A DNA stretch of 63,996 nt, counting the filler, from an uncultured bacterium (GTDB lineage: Bacteria; CAYJOG01), in the NCBI GenBank assembly GCA_964371695.1. It is 23 parts of 23 records of this genome, joined end to end, with 100 filler letters (N's around TTAATTAATTAA, not from the genome) between each part and the next. Parts side by side here need not be neighbours in the genome. Positions count along the whole stretch, not along the records: positions 8,613 to 11,379 come from CAYJOG010000466.1; positions 11,480 to 14,242 come from CAYJOG010000467.1; positions 14,343 to 17,080 come from CAYJOG010000468.1; positions 17,181 to 19,903 come from CAYJOG010000469.1; 19 more parts are not named here. One strand, 5' to 3'. Numbering within the stretch: position 1 is the first letter of the stretch; each line of letters starts with the position of its first letter. The notes beneath the pieces were generated by a model. It searched no databases, was not told the origin of the DNA, and saw only the letters and a list, made by a program, of their open reading frames with translations. Of the stretch, positions 8,646 to 18,193 are shown in pieces. Both the position numbers and the translations under genes were made by a program.

Positions 8646-9692
8646 TCACCGCTTGCCGTCTGGCAAGGTCTGCGGCGCAGCCGTGAACTCGATCGCCGCA
8701 CTGGCCAACCGGTCTCGCACTTCATCACGTCGGGGTGGCACGCAGCCGCGGCGCGTGACGCAAATCGTGGCGCTGGCGACGGCGTGGCGCAGCAGGTCTC
8801 GGGCCTGCGCCGGCGGCACCTCAGCCGAGCCCCAATCTGCGGGAATCTTGTTTTCGAGCATGGCAACCACCAACCCGGCCAGGAAGCAGTCACCCGCGCC
8901 CACGGTGTCAAGCACCGCCACGCGTTCCGTTTCGCGCGCGTGAAACACCTGGCCGTGGCGCGTCAGCAGCGTGGCACCGCCGCCGCCACGAGTCAGCGCC
9001 ACCAGGTGGGCACGGCTGTTGCACAGCAGGTGGCTGGCCCGCGTGGTGGCGTCTGGCCCTGGCAGGTTCAGGCAATCAAGGTCTTCATCACTGACCTTGA
9101 TAACGTCGGCATGTTGCAGGGCGCTCAGGACATGTCGGCGGTAGCGGGAAAGGTCATGCATGACCGAGGGACGCAGATTGGCATCCAACACCACCGTGCG
9201 GCCCGCCTGGCGCTGGCCTGATAACCAGGGCAGGTAGATGTCCGCGTCGTCGGGCGACAGCGCCAGCGCACCGGTACACACCAGTGACAATGCGTCGGTC
9301 CCGGGTTTGGCGCAAGCACCCATCAGGTCCAGTGCGCTGACGGCACGGTCGGCCACGCCTTCACGGTAAAACGCGTAATCCGGCTGGCCCTGCAGATTGA
9401 CACCCACCACCGCCAGCGAGGTCACTTGTGGCACGGGTGTTGGCGCTGCCAGATGGACGCCGTCTTCCAGCAATGCCGCGGCCAGCAGGCGGCCGAAGCG
9501 GTCACGTGACAAGGGGTTGAGGTACAGGGTTTCGATCCCTTGGCGCGCCAGCGCGCGCGTCAGGTTGTAAACCGCACCGCCCAGGCAGGGTTCAAAGCGG
9601 CCGTCCACATGCTGAATCAAGTCAATCAGCGCTTCGCCCGCCGTGGCTACTTGCAAAGGGATATTTTCTTGCGTCATCTCAGGGTTTTCCAT
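8646..9692 (-). CDS. PfkB-family carbohydrate kinase (fructokinase-like)
   Basis: GEALID and DTVGAGDCF motifs; divergent from frcBC-like genes. Confidence 0.92.
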   Translation of the reverse strand: MENPEMTQENIPLQVATAGEALIDLIQHVDGRFEPCLGGAVYNLTRALARQGIETLYLNPLSRDRFGRLLAAALLEDGVHLAAPTPVPQVTSLAVVGVNLQGQPDYAFYREGVADRAVSALDLMGACAKPGTDALSLVCTGALALSPDDADIYLPWLSGQRQAGRTVVLDANLRPSVMHDLSRYRRHVLSALQHADVIKVSDEDLDCLNLPGPDATTRASHLLCNSRAHLVALTRGGGGATLLTRHGQVFHARETERVAVLDTVGAGDCFLAGLVVAMLENKIPADWGSAEVPPAQARDLLRHAVASATICVTRRGCVPPRRDEVRDRLASAAIEFTAAPQTLPDGKR

Positions 9693-9834
9693 AACTAAAG
9701 CAACTTGATTTAGTAAGTCGTTTGCAACTATAGTTCACCTGCGCTCCAAGGTAAAGCGTAAATTTCCGGGGGCTTAAAAACTTTCGCACCCCCTATCAGC
9801 AAAATTTGATTGCCACCCATTGAGGAGATTCCCC

Positions 9835-10824
9835 ATGAAAAAAGTCACCACCATCCTGATGCTTTCGGCCCTGACGCTCGCCACCCCGGGCGTTTTTGCC
9901 GCAGGCGAGCCCGTCATCGGCCTGATCACCAAAACTGAAACCAATGCTTTCTTCGTCAAGATGAAAGAAGGAGCTGAGGCTGAGGCCAAAAAACTCGGTG
10001 CCAGGCTGCTCAGTGCGGCTGGCAAGACCGACGGGGACACCGCAGGCCAGATCACCGCCCTGGAAAACATGGCGGCGGCCGGCGCCAGGACCATATTGAT
10101 CACCGCGAGCGGCGACGCCATCATCCCCACCGTCAAAAAATTGCAGGCCAAAGGCGTGCAGGTGATCGCGCTGGACAGCCCGTTTGACGGCGCTGACGCC
10201 CTGTTTGCCACCGACAACTACAAAGCGGGCGTGCTCATTGGTCAGTACGCCAAAGCGGTGATGGGCAACAAACCCGCCAGGATTGCCACGCTGGACTTGT
10301 TCCCCGGTCACCCGGTGGGCGCGCAGCGGCACAACGGTTTCATGAAGGGCTTCGGCCTGTCCGCCGCGGACGCCAAGTCCAATGAGTTGTCCAGGGACGC
10401 CGCCATCGTGTGCATGGCCGACAGCTTTGGCGACCAGGCCAAAGGCCAGACCGCGATGGAAAACTGCCTGCAAAAAATCCCGGACATCAATGTGGTGTAC
10501 ACCATTAACGAACCCGCCGCGGCCGGCGCGTTCAACGCACTGAAAAAGGCCGGCAAAGAAAAAGGCGTCACCATTTTGTCAGTGGACGGAGGTTGCCAGG
10601 GTATCCGCGACACTGCGGCAGGCATCATCACTGCCACGTCTCAGCAGTACCCCCTGAAAATGGCGGCACTTGGTGTGGCCGCCGGGGTGAGCTACGCCAA
10701 GGGAGGCAAAAGGTCTTCCGGTTACACCGACACTGGCGTGACGCTGATTTCGGCCAAAGCGATTGCTGGCATAGACAGCAAAGACACCAAGACCGGGCTG
10801 GCTTTGTGCTGGGGCGAAAAGTAA
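9835..10824 (+). CDS. frcB: Sugar ABC transporter substrate-binding protein (FrcB-like)
   Basis: Signal peptide; LITKTETNAFFVKMKEGA, ATDN and TSQQYPLKMA motifs; SD GAGGAG. Confidence 0.85.
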   Translation: MKKVTTILMLSALTLATPGVFAAGEPVIGLITKTETNAFFVKMKEGAEAEAKKLGARLLSAAGKTDGDTAGQITALENMAAAGARTILITASGDAIIPTVKKLQAKGVQVIALDSPFDGADALFATDNYKAGVLIGQYAKAVMGNKPARIATLDLFPGHPVGAQRHNGFMKGFGLSAADAKSNELSRDAAIVCMADSFGDQAKGQTAMENCLQKIPDINVVYTINEPAAAGAFNALKKAGKEKGVTILSVDGGCQGIRDTAAGIITATSQQYPLKMAALGVAAGVSYAKGGKRSSGYTDTGVTLISAKAIAGIDSKDTKTGLALCWGEK

Positions 10825-10914
10825 GCGTAGAAATCCGGTTATCAGCGAGCGCCTGTCGCCCCGGAGTGCGCCGGGGCGACTGAACTATTTCCTCCTTTTT
10901 TGGGGACTTTGCCC

Positions 10915-11379
10915 ATGAACTCGTCTTCACGCCACATCCCGTGGGGCGCCCTCGGGCCCTGGCTCGCCCTGTTGAGCACCTGCATTTTTTTTGCCACCCA
11001 GTCAGAACGCTTTCTGACCGGTGAAAACCTGTCCCTCGTGCTGCAACAGGTGATGGTGGTGGGAGTGCTGGCAATTGGGCAGACGCTGATTATTCTGACT
11101 GCCGGCATTGATTTGTCCTGCGGTATGGTGATGGCTCTGGGCGGTGTCGTTATGACCAAATTCGCGGTGAATTACGGTTTCTACCCCTACTTGGCCATCA
11201 TTTGTGGCCTGGCAGTCACCACCGGCTTTGGGCTCTTGAACGGCTTGCTGGTGACCCGATTCAAACTGCCGCCCTTCATTGTGACGCTGGGCACGCTGAA
11301 CATCGCCTTTGCGGTCACCCAGATTTACTCCAAGGCACAAATCATCCCCAACCTGCCACCGGAACTCACGGCCTTGGGC
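10915..11379 (+). CDS. frcC: Sugar ABC transporter permease (FrcC-like), 3' truncated
   Basis: GQTLIILTAGIDLSCG and LPPFIVTLGT motifs. Confidence 0.85.
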
Positions 11380-11479
11380 NNNNNNNNNNNNNNNNNNNNN
11401 NNNNNNNNNNNNNNNNNNNNNNNTTAATTAATTAANNNNNNNNNNNNNNNNNNNNNNNNNNNNNNNNNNNNNNNNNNNN

Positions 11480-11535
11480 GGCGGGACGCCCGCCCTACTG
11501 CGTCGGCCACCCTCTCCCCGTAAAGGGGAGAGGGG
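11480..11535. repeat. REP-like palindromes (GGCGGGACGCCCGCCCTAC; CCCTCTCCCC..GGGGAGAGGG)
   Basis: The CCCTCTCCC/GGGAGAGGG type recurs, whole or as half-sites, near 20004, 47668-47714, 58465-58503 and 61450-61499, mostly downstream of genes. Confidence 0.7.
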
Positions 11536-11560
11536 AATGAGGCGCATCTTTCATCCCTGC

Positions 11561-13402
11561 TCACTCATCCGTTGGCAGGGCATTGTCGGGGTACATGGCT
11601 TCTATCTGGGCGTAATAACGGCTCTGTACCACGTGCCGGCGGATTTTGAGCGTGGGGGTGATTTCGTCCGCCTCCATGGTGAGCCGCCGGGGCAGCAGGG
11701 TGAACTGTTTGAGGGTTTCATAACTGGGCAGGTCGTGGTTCAGATGGTTGATGATTTCCTGATAACGGGTGATGACGGCGGGGTGGTGGATGAGGTTCTC
11801 CAGCGAGGGGGTTTCATCTGGCCCCGCCAGGCCCTGTTCCCGTGCCCAGGCCAGCAGGCGCGTGCTGTCTGGCGCCAGCAGGGCGGCGAGATATTTGCGG
11901 CCATCTCCCACCACCACCGCTTGATCCACCAACGGGTCGGTCATCAGCAATCCCTCCAGCCGTTGCGGGGCCACGTTTTTGCCCCCGGCGGTGATGAGGA
12001 TGTCTTTTTTGCGGCCCGTGAGGTGCAGGAATCCCTCTGCGTCCATGCGCCCCAGGTCGCCGGTGTGCAGCCAGCCGTCCTGCAAAACGTCGGCGGTGTC
12101 CTGGGGCTGGTTGAAATAACCCCGCATCAGGTTGGGGCCTTTGGCCAGGATTTCACCATCGGCGGCCACTTCAATCTGCACCCCCGGCAGCGCCCGGCCC
12201 ACTGTGCCAAACCGAAAGGCCCCCGGCCGGTTCACCGTGAGCACCGGGCCTGCTTCAGTCAGGCCATAACACTCATAAATGGGCAGGCCGGCGGCGTGGA
12301 AAAACTCCACCACCTCCTGCGCAAGCGGCGCGCCGCCGCTCACAAAAAACCGCAGCTTGCCGCCGGTTTTTTCACGCAGGGCGTTCATCACCAGCAGCCG
12401 CGCCACCTGAAAGGCCCCCTCCAGCCAGGGGGCGGGCAGGCGGTGATCCTGACGCCGTTCGGCCCGGTCCAAGCCCACTTCCACCGACCAGTGCAGCAGG
12501 GCGCGGTCCACCGCAGACCGGCGCTCCATTTCGTCCCGCACGGCGGCGTAGAACTTTTCATAGAACCGGGGCACGGCGGTCATCACCGTGGGGCGCACGG
12601 CGGGCAGGTCTTCCATCACCGTGTCCAGACGTTCGCTAAAGGCGATCTGCGCCCCCTGCATCAGGGGCAGGTAATAACCGGCGGTGCGCTCAAAACTGTG
12701 GCTGAGGGGCAAAAACGACAGGCCCACGTCGCGGCGGGTGAGGGGAAAGCACATGGCGATGGCCTGGAGGTTGCTGAGAATCGCCCCGTGGGTGAGCATG
12801 ACGCCCTTGGGTTCGCCGGTGGCCCCGCTGGTGTAAATGAGCGGGGCGAGGTCCTGCGAGGTGATCTGCCCCAGGGCAGCGTCGGCGGCCTCCTGAGAAA
12901 CCGCTTCGCCTTTTTGCCAGAGCTGGGCCAGAGACATCTGCATGTCCGACTTTTTGGGCAATTCGCTGAAGGTGATGATTTTTTTGAGCTGGGGCAGGTG
13001 TTCTGCCACGGCCAGCACCTTGCCCAGTTGCTGCTCGGTGCTCACAAACACCCATTTCGCGCCGCTGTCTTTCAGCACGTGGGCCACCTGCTGGGGGGTG
13101 TTGGTGGCGTAAATGGGCACGGTGACGCCCCCGGCGGTGAGGGCCCCCAGGTCCGCCGTCACCCACCAGGGCGAGTTCTCGGCCAGAATGGCCACGGTTT
13201 CCTGCTTTTTGAGCTTCAGCGCCAGCAGCCCCCTGGCGGTTTCCCACACCCGCTTTTGCAGGGCGGCCCAGCGCACGCTTTTCCAGTGGCCGTTTTTTTT
13301 GAAACGCAGGACTTTGTCCTGTGAATATCGCTCCGCGTTGTCGTGAAACAGCCGGGCCAGGGTGTGGTTTTCAGGGATTTCGGGCGGGGGACTGAGTTTC
13401 AT
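11561..13402 (-). CDS. Long-chain fatty acid-CoA ligase (AMP-binding)
   Basis: YTSGATGEPKG, YGLTE, WLHTGDLG and TPTLKIRR motifs. Confidence 0.93.
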   Translation of the reverse strand: MKLSPPPEIPENHTLARLFHDNAERYSQDKVLRFKKNGHWKSVRWAALQKRVWETARGLLALKLKKQETVAILAENSPWWVTADLGALTAGGVTVPIYATNTPQQVAHVLKDSGAKWVFVSTEQQLGKVLAVAEHLPQLKKIITFSELPKKSDMQMSLAQLWQKGEAVSQEAADAALGQITSQDLAPLIYTSGATGEPKGVMLTHGAILSNLQAIAMCFPLTRRDVGLSFLPLSHSFERTAGYYLPLMQGAQIAFSERLDTVMEDLPAVRPTVMTAVPRFYEKFYAAVRDEMERRSAVDRALLHWSVEVGLDRAERRQDHRLPAPWLEGAFQVARLLVMNALREKTGGKLRFFVSGGAPLAQEVVEFFHAAGLPIYECYGLTEAGPVLTVNRPGAFRFGTVGRALPGVQIEVAADGEILAKGPNLMRGYFNQPQDTADVLQDGWLHTGDLGRMDAEGFLHLTGRKKDILITAGGKNVAPQRLEGLLMTDPLVDQAVVVGDGRKYLAALLAPDSTRLLAWAREQGLAGPDETPSLENLIHHPAVITRYQEIINHLNHDLPSYETLKQFTLLPRRLTMEADEITPTLKIRRHVVQSRYYAQIEAMYPDNALPTDE

Positions 13403-13462
13403 AATTCAGACCATTATAAAAATGGACTAAACCGGGTTTCGTGCTTATCGTCTTACCCAACG

Positions 13463-14041
13463 ATGGACACGGCGCTGACTGCCCAGGAATCTGCCGAACT
13501 GGCTGCCAGGGCGGCGGGGGGAGATCGCCTGGCCTTTGACCGACTGGTGCTGGCCCACCGCCAGGGGTTGGTGAAGTTCCTGTGTCGTTACACCCACAAC
13601 CTGGAAGAAGCCCTGGACCTGGCCCAGGACAGTTTTATCAAAGCTTGGCAGGCATTGCCCCGATACCGGCGCGAGGCGGCCTTCAAGACCTGGATCTATC
13701 AGATCGCGCTGAACACACTGCGAGACAACCACCGCAAGACGGTGCGTCAGCCGATGTCGCTCACCCCTGTCGAAGACCTGCCCTTGGAGGGCCGGATGGA
13801 ATCGCCCGAAGAAGCCTCTCGCCGGGGCTGGCTGGCCCAGCAGGTGCAGGTGCGGCTGGCGGCGCTCACCGAGCGCCAGCGTCAGGTGGTGGACCTGCGA
13901 CTGGTGGGGGAACACTCGTTTGAAGAAATCGCCGCCATGCTGGGCAGCCCCGTGGGCACCATCAAGGCCACCTATTTTCAGTCCATACAAAAAGTGAGGA
14001 ACACCATGCAAGAGGGAGGACGCGCCCATGTTTCCGCCTGA
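13463..14041 (+). CDS. ECF-family RNA polymerase sigma factor
   Basis: Region 2 (DLAQDSFIKAW, FKTWIYQIALN) and region 4 HTH (SFEEIAAMLGSPVGTIK). Confidence 0.92.
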   Translation: MDTALTAQESAELAARAAGGDRLAFDRLVLAHRQGLVKFLCRYTHNLEEALDLAQDSFIKAWQALPRYRREAAFKTWIYQIALNTLRDNHRKTVRQPMSLTPVEDLPLEGRMESPEEASRRGWLAQQVQVRLAALTERQRQVVDLRLVGEHSFEEIAAMLGSPVGTIKATYFQSIQKVRNTMQEGGRAHVSA

Positions 14042-14242
14042 ACCGGAAATCAAACTGACCGCTCTGGAGGAAAAGTTGTTCTGTGGCGAGGTGCTCTTGC
14101 CCCACGAACAGGAGCAGGTGGCCAAAAACCCGGCGTTGTCGGCCCTGGCGCGGGATATAGCGGCCCGGTTGCCAGTGGGGAAGCAGCCGACCCCCGCCGA
14201 GCGGGCAGCGCACCAGATGACCGAACTGGCGGCCGGCCTGTT
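14028..14242 (+). CDS. Hypothetical protein, possible anti-sigma factor, 3' truncated
   Basis: Overlaps the ECF sigma 3' end, SD GGAGG; function inferred from position only. Confidence 0.4.
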
Positions 14243-14342
14243 NNNNNNNNNNNNNNNNNNNNNNNNNNNNNNNNNNNNNNNNNNNNTTAATTAATTAANN
14301 NNNNNNNNNNNNNNNNNNNNNNNNNNNNNNNNNNNNNNNNNN

Positions 14343-14486
14343 TGTTGAGAAAGTCCCTCGTGGACTTTCTCAACCTGTTTTGCTCAGGCAAAGCCCTCGC
14401 AAAACAGCGCTTTTGCAGGGGTTTTTTGACCCCTGCAAGCGGCAAAATCCATCCATGGATTTTTCAGGGTGTTTATCAACACCCTG
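14343..14486. mobile_element. MITE-like element, family A copy 1 (left end cut)
   Basis: Ends in TTTATCAACACCCTG; homologous to 28433-28558 and 38578-38725. Confidence 0.85.
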
Positions 14487-14506
14487 CTAAACATCATGAA
14501 ACTGCC

Positions 14507-15604
14507 CTAACCGCTTCGCAGCACCCACTCCAGGTCGTCGCCGTGGCTGTAGCAGGCCACTGTTTTGAACCGGGGGGCAAACGCCAGCGCGGGCGGGTTT
14601 TCTGGCGCAAACACGCTGTAACGCGCCGCACCCCCCAACAGCAGCGGGGCCACAAACAGCCGCCATTCGTCCAGCAGGTTTGAGCCCAGAAGCGCCGTGG
14701 CCAGCGTAGGTCCGGCTTCAACCAGCACACTGCCCAGTCCCTCGGCGGCCAGTCGACGAAACACCGTCTCGATATCCGATGGCCCCGCCAGCACAATCAG
14801 CACGCCCCCCGCCGATTCAAAATCCTTGTGGGCTGGTGAGAGGGCGTCTTCGGCCACCACCAGCCAGGCGCGGCCTGGGGTTTCGTCCAGCAGGGCGGGG
14901 CGCGACACAAGGCGTCCGTGCAGGTCCAGCGCAATGCGCACCGGCGGCGTGCCCTGGGGCGGACGCACCGTGAGGCGGGGGGCGTCGTTCAACAGCGTGC
15001 CCGTGCCCACCAGCACGGCGTCGTGGCCGTGGCGCAGCGCCATCACAGACTGACGCGAGGCGTCGTTCGTAATCCACTGGCTTGTCCCCTTCGCGTCGGC
15101 CAGTTTGCCGTCCAGGCTCTGGGCGGTTTTCAGCGTGATCCACGGCAGGCCCGTTTTCTGGCGTTTGAGAAACCCCCGGTTGAGGGCCTCGGCCTCCTGC
15201 GCCAGCAGGCCGCTTTCCACCACCACGCCTGCCTCTTTGAGCATGGCCTCGCCCTGACCATTCACCAGCGGGTTGGGGTCCATCACCGAATACACCACGC
15301 GGGCCACACCGGCCTGGGTGAGCGCTCTGGCGCAGGGGGGTGTCTTGCCCGTGTGGGCGCAAGGCTCCAGCGTGATGAACACCGTGGCCCCGACCACGGA
15401 CTCGGCCCGTTTTTCGGCGTCTTTGAGCGCCATCACCTCGGCGTGGGGGTGGCCATATTTTTCGTGGGCACCCTCGCCAATCACGCGGCTGCCCTGCACC
15501 AGCACACAACCCACCAGCGGGTTGGGCCACACCTCGTGGCGATGGGCCGCCGCCAGCTCCAGGGCGCGGGACATGAAACCGGTTTCTTCGGCGGTGAACC
15601 TCAC
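14507..15604 (-). CDS. ribD: Riboflavin biosynthesis deaminase/reductase RibD
   Basis: PNPLVG, HAE, TLEPCAHTGKTPPC, SLDGK, SQWIT and VEAGP motifs. Confidence 0.96.
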   Translation of the reverse strand: MRFTAEETGFMSRALELAAAHRHEVWPNPLVGCVLVQGSRVIGEGAHEKYGHPHAEVMALKDAEKRAESVVGATVFITLEPCAHTGKTPPCARALTQAGVARVVYSVMDPNPLVNGQGEAMLKEAGVVVESGLLAQEAEALNRGFLKRQKTGLPWITLKTAQSLDGKLADAKGTSQWITNDASRQSVMALRHGHDAVLVGTGTLLNDAPRLTVRPPQGTPPVRIALDLHGRLVSRPALLDETPGRAWLVVAEDALSPAHKDFESAGGVLIVLAGPSDIETVFRRLAAEGLGSVLVEAGPTLATALLGSNLLDEWRLFVAPLLLGGAARYSVFAPENPPALAFAPRFKTVACYSHGDDLEWVLRSG

Positions 15605-15645
15605 CGGGGCAGTGTAGCAACAAGAACCTCAGCAGAAGGAGGTTG

Positions 15646-16647
15646 CTACAACATCCCCTCTTTACGGAACCAGTCCAGCGCCAGACGGATGGCTTCTTCG
15701 ATGTAGGGCGGCTCAAAACCCAGTTCCCGCCGCGCTTTTTCGTGGCTCACCACAGCGGTTTTTTTCAGCACCTGGGCCATGCCCACCGACACCATGGGGG
15801 TCTGGTGGGTGACGTGCTCGGCGATGGATTCCATCACGAACGCCCCCGCCGCAATCACCGGCTGGGGAATCATGAGGGTGGGGGCTTTTTTGCCAGTGAT
15901 TTTTTCCATCAGTTCCAGCATGTCCCGCACGTGTATCGGCGGCCCGGCCAGGATGTAACGCTCGCCTTTGCGGCCTTTTTCCAGGGCGCGCACCATGCCC
16001 CACGCCAGCGCCCGGGCGTCTATCCAGTTGGTCCAGGCGTCGATGTAAAAGGGCACCTGGCCACGGGCGAACTTCAGCAGGAAGCCCCCCGTCACGCTCG
16101 GCCCGGCGTCTCCCGCGCCAATCACCTGATGGGGATTCACAATCACCAGATCCAGCCCCCGAAGCGCCCACTGCATGGCCTCTTTCTCGCCCAGCAGCTT
16201 GCTGTGGAAATAGGGCGAGTCCACGTCCCAGTGGTCGTAGATGGTTTCTTCGTCGGCGGGGTGGTCCGGGTCTGTGGCCGAGCCGATGGCGGCGCAACTG
16301 GACACATGCACGGCGCGCTCAATGCCCGCCGCAAGCGCGGCGCTGTGTACATTTCTTGGCCCCTGAACGTTGATGTTGTAAATCAGGCGGCGGTCCTTGG
16401 CCCACTCCAAAGTGGTGGCCGCAATGTGAAAGAGAAACCGGCACCCTTTCATGGCCCGCGGCAGGGTTTCGGGTTTGAGGATGTCTCCCTCGACACGCTC
16501 GATTTCCAGACCCGACAGGGTTTTTGCCCCGTCGCCCGGCATGAGCATGGCGCGCACGCCATAACCCTCTTTCAGCAGCCGCCGCACCACGTGCTGACCT
16601 ACCAAGCCACTGGCCCCCGTCACCAAAGTCAGACCCCGCCCGCTCAT
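15646..16647 (-). CDS. NAD-dependent epimerase/dehydratase (dihydroflavonol reductase/HpnA-like extended SDR)
   Basis: TGASGLVG, YFHSK, GRKGERYIL and KARRELGF motifs. Confidence 0.9.
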   Translation of the reverse strand: MSGRGLTLVTGASGLVGQHVVRRLLKEGYGVRAMLMPGDGAKTLSGLEIERVEGDILKPETLPRAMKGCRFLFHIAATTLEWAKDRRLIYNINVQGPRNVHSAALAAGIERAVHVSSCAAIGSATDPDHPADEETIYDHWDVDSPYFHSKLLGEKEAMQWALRGLDLVIVNPHQVIGAGDAGPSVTGGFLLKFARGQVPFYIDAWTNWIDARALAWGMVRALEKGRKGERYILAGPPIHVRDMLELMEKITGKKAPTLMIPQPVIAAGAFVMESIAEHVTHQTPMVSVGMAQVLKKTAVVSHEKARRELGFEPPYIEEAIRLALDWFRKEGML

Positions 16648-16906
16648 GGCAACACCCCGCGCGTTGGCCGGTTTGTTTTTTGCAAGGGAAATGTCAAGCC
16701 GTGTCCCCTTTCTGCGACCGCTGGCCGCAACACCTGTTTTGAAACCGTGAAGAAAGACAGATTACAGCGCGCAGTGGGATTGCTAGAGAAAAATTGCTGT
16801 TCCCCCGCCTGTCAGCACCTGTTAAAAAAATCCACGACGTACTTTTGAAGCAGATTCCAAGTCATTTGATTGAAACTTCACCCCCCGCTGGTTAGCCTCC
16901 CCCACC

Positions 16907-17080
16907 GTGCAGGATGCAGACGCCATTGTGGTGGGTTCGGGCACCGGCGGCCTGGCGGCGGCCCGCGCCCTGGCGCAGGCGGGCCACGAGGTGGTGGTGC
17001 TGGAGAAAAAGTCCGAAAAAAAATCGCCCCACACCTGGCTGAACACCTGCGAGCCTTCGGCCTTTGAAACGGTGTTTGGC
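16907..17080 (+). CDS. FAD-dependent oxidoreductase, N-terminal fragment
   Basis: Rossmann motif VVGSGTGGLAAA...VVVLEK. Confidence 0.8.
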
Positions 17081-17266
17081 NNNNNNNNNNNNNNNNNNNN
17101 NNNNNNNNNNNNNNNNNNNNNNNNTTAATTAATTAANNNNNNNNNNNNNNNNNNNNNNNNNNNNNNNNNNNNNNNNNNNNTAGGACACCGCCGCTACTCC
17201 GAAGGAGACAGATAATCCTTGGCAAAAATGCCCGTTCTGCTGTTGAGACAAGGAAGGAATACCCGA

Positions 17267-18085
17267 TTACAAATCCACCTCAGCGCCCTCGCGGGCAAAA
17301 AAGGAATTGGGCCAGGCATTCTGGGTTTCGGCTTCCAGTTTGGTCAGGAACTCATCGGTGTGGGTGGGGTCGTGGCTGAACAACGCCAGGGTATTCAGGT
17401 CAGCCTTCTGGGCGAGTTTCACGCCCTGCATCCAGGTGCTGTGCCCCCAGCCCACCTTGCCGTTTTTGTATTCGTCTTCGGTGTATTGGCCGTCGTAAAT
17501 GAACAGGTCGGCCTTGCGGGCGAAATTCACCAGATTCTCATCGATTGAGTCGGCGGGGTGCTCGGTGTCGGTGGCGTAGACCATGGACTTGCCCCCGGCG
17601 GTGATCCGATAGGCGTAGCTGTCGTTGGGGTGGCGCAGCTTGGTGTGGGTGATTTTGGCCGAGCCCACCTGCACTGCTTTGCCAAAATGGGGCATCTGGT
17701 GAAACACCATGGCGGCGTTCATGGCGTCCATCGTTACGGGAAAGTAAGGAGGGCGCATCTGCCCCGCCAGCATTTTTTTCAGGTCGCCCACGCCATAAAA
17801 GTGAACCTCCCAGTTGGGCAGGTAAACCGGCAGGAAAAACGGAAACCCCTGGATGTGGTCCCAATGCACATGAGACAGAAAAATGTGCAGCTTGTAGTGA
17901 TACTTCTCACCCATCTTCTGCAGTTCCATGCCCAGCTGGCGACTGCCCGTGCCCAGGTCCAACACCACCAGCGTGTCGCCTTCCGGCAACAGAACGGTGA
18001 CACAGGGCGTGTTGCCGCCAAACTCTTTGGTGTTGGGGCTGGGCGTGGCGCAGGACCCCCTGGTTCCCCAAAATTTAACCCGCAT
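17267..18085 (-). CDS. MBL-fold metallo-hydrolase (phosphodiesterase-like)
   Basis: FWGTRGS, GGNTPC, SHVHWDHIQG, TDTEH, GWGHS and HDP motifs. Confidence 0.92.
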   Translation of the reverse strand: MRVKFWGTRGSCATPSPNTKEFGGNTPCVTVLLPEGDTLVVLDLGTGSRQLGMELQKMGEKYHYKLHIFLSHVHWDHIQGFPFFLPVYLPNWEVHFYGVGDLKKMLAGQMRPPYFPVTMDAMNAAMVFHQMPHFGKAVQVGSAKITHTKLRHPNDSYAYRITAGGKSMVYATDTEHPADSIDENLVNFARKADLFIYDGQYTEDEYKNGKVGWGHSTWMQGVKLAQKADLNTLALFSHDPTHTDEFLTKLEAETQNAWPNSFFAREGAEVDL

Positions 18086-18193
18086 GATTGGCGGAATAGT
18101 AACACACGCCAGGACGCGGAGCCTTTTCAAACAGACCTTTTCATCCGGCGGCCTCCCCTGACGGCCTGACGGAATGGCTTATAATCCGCTGCC

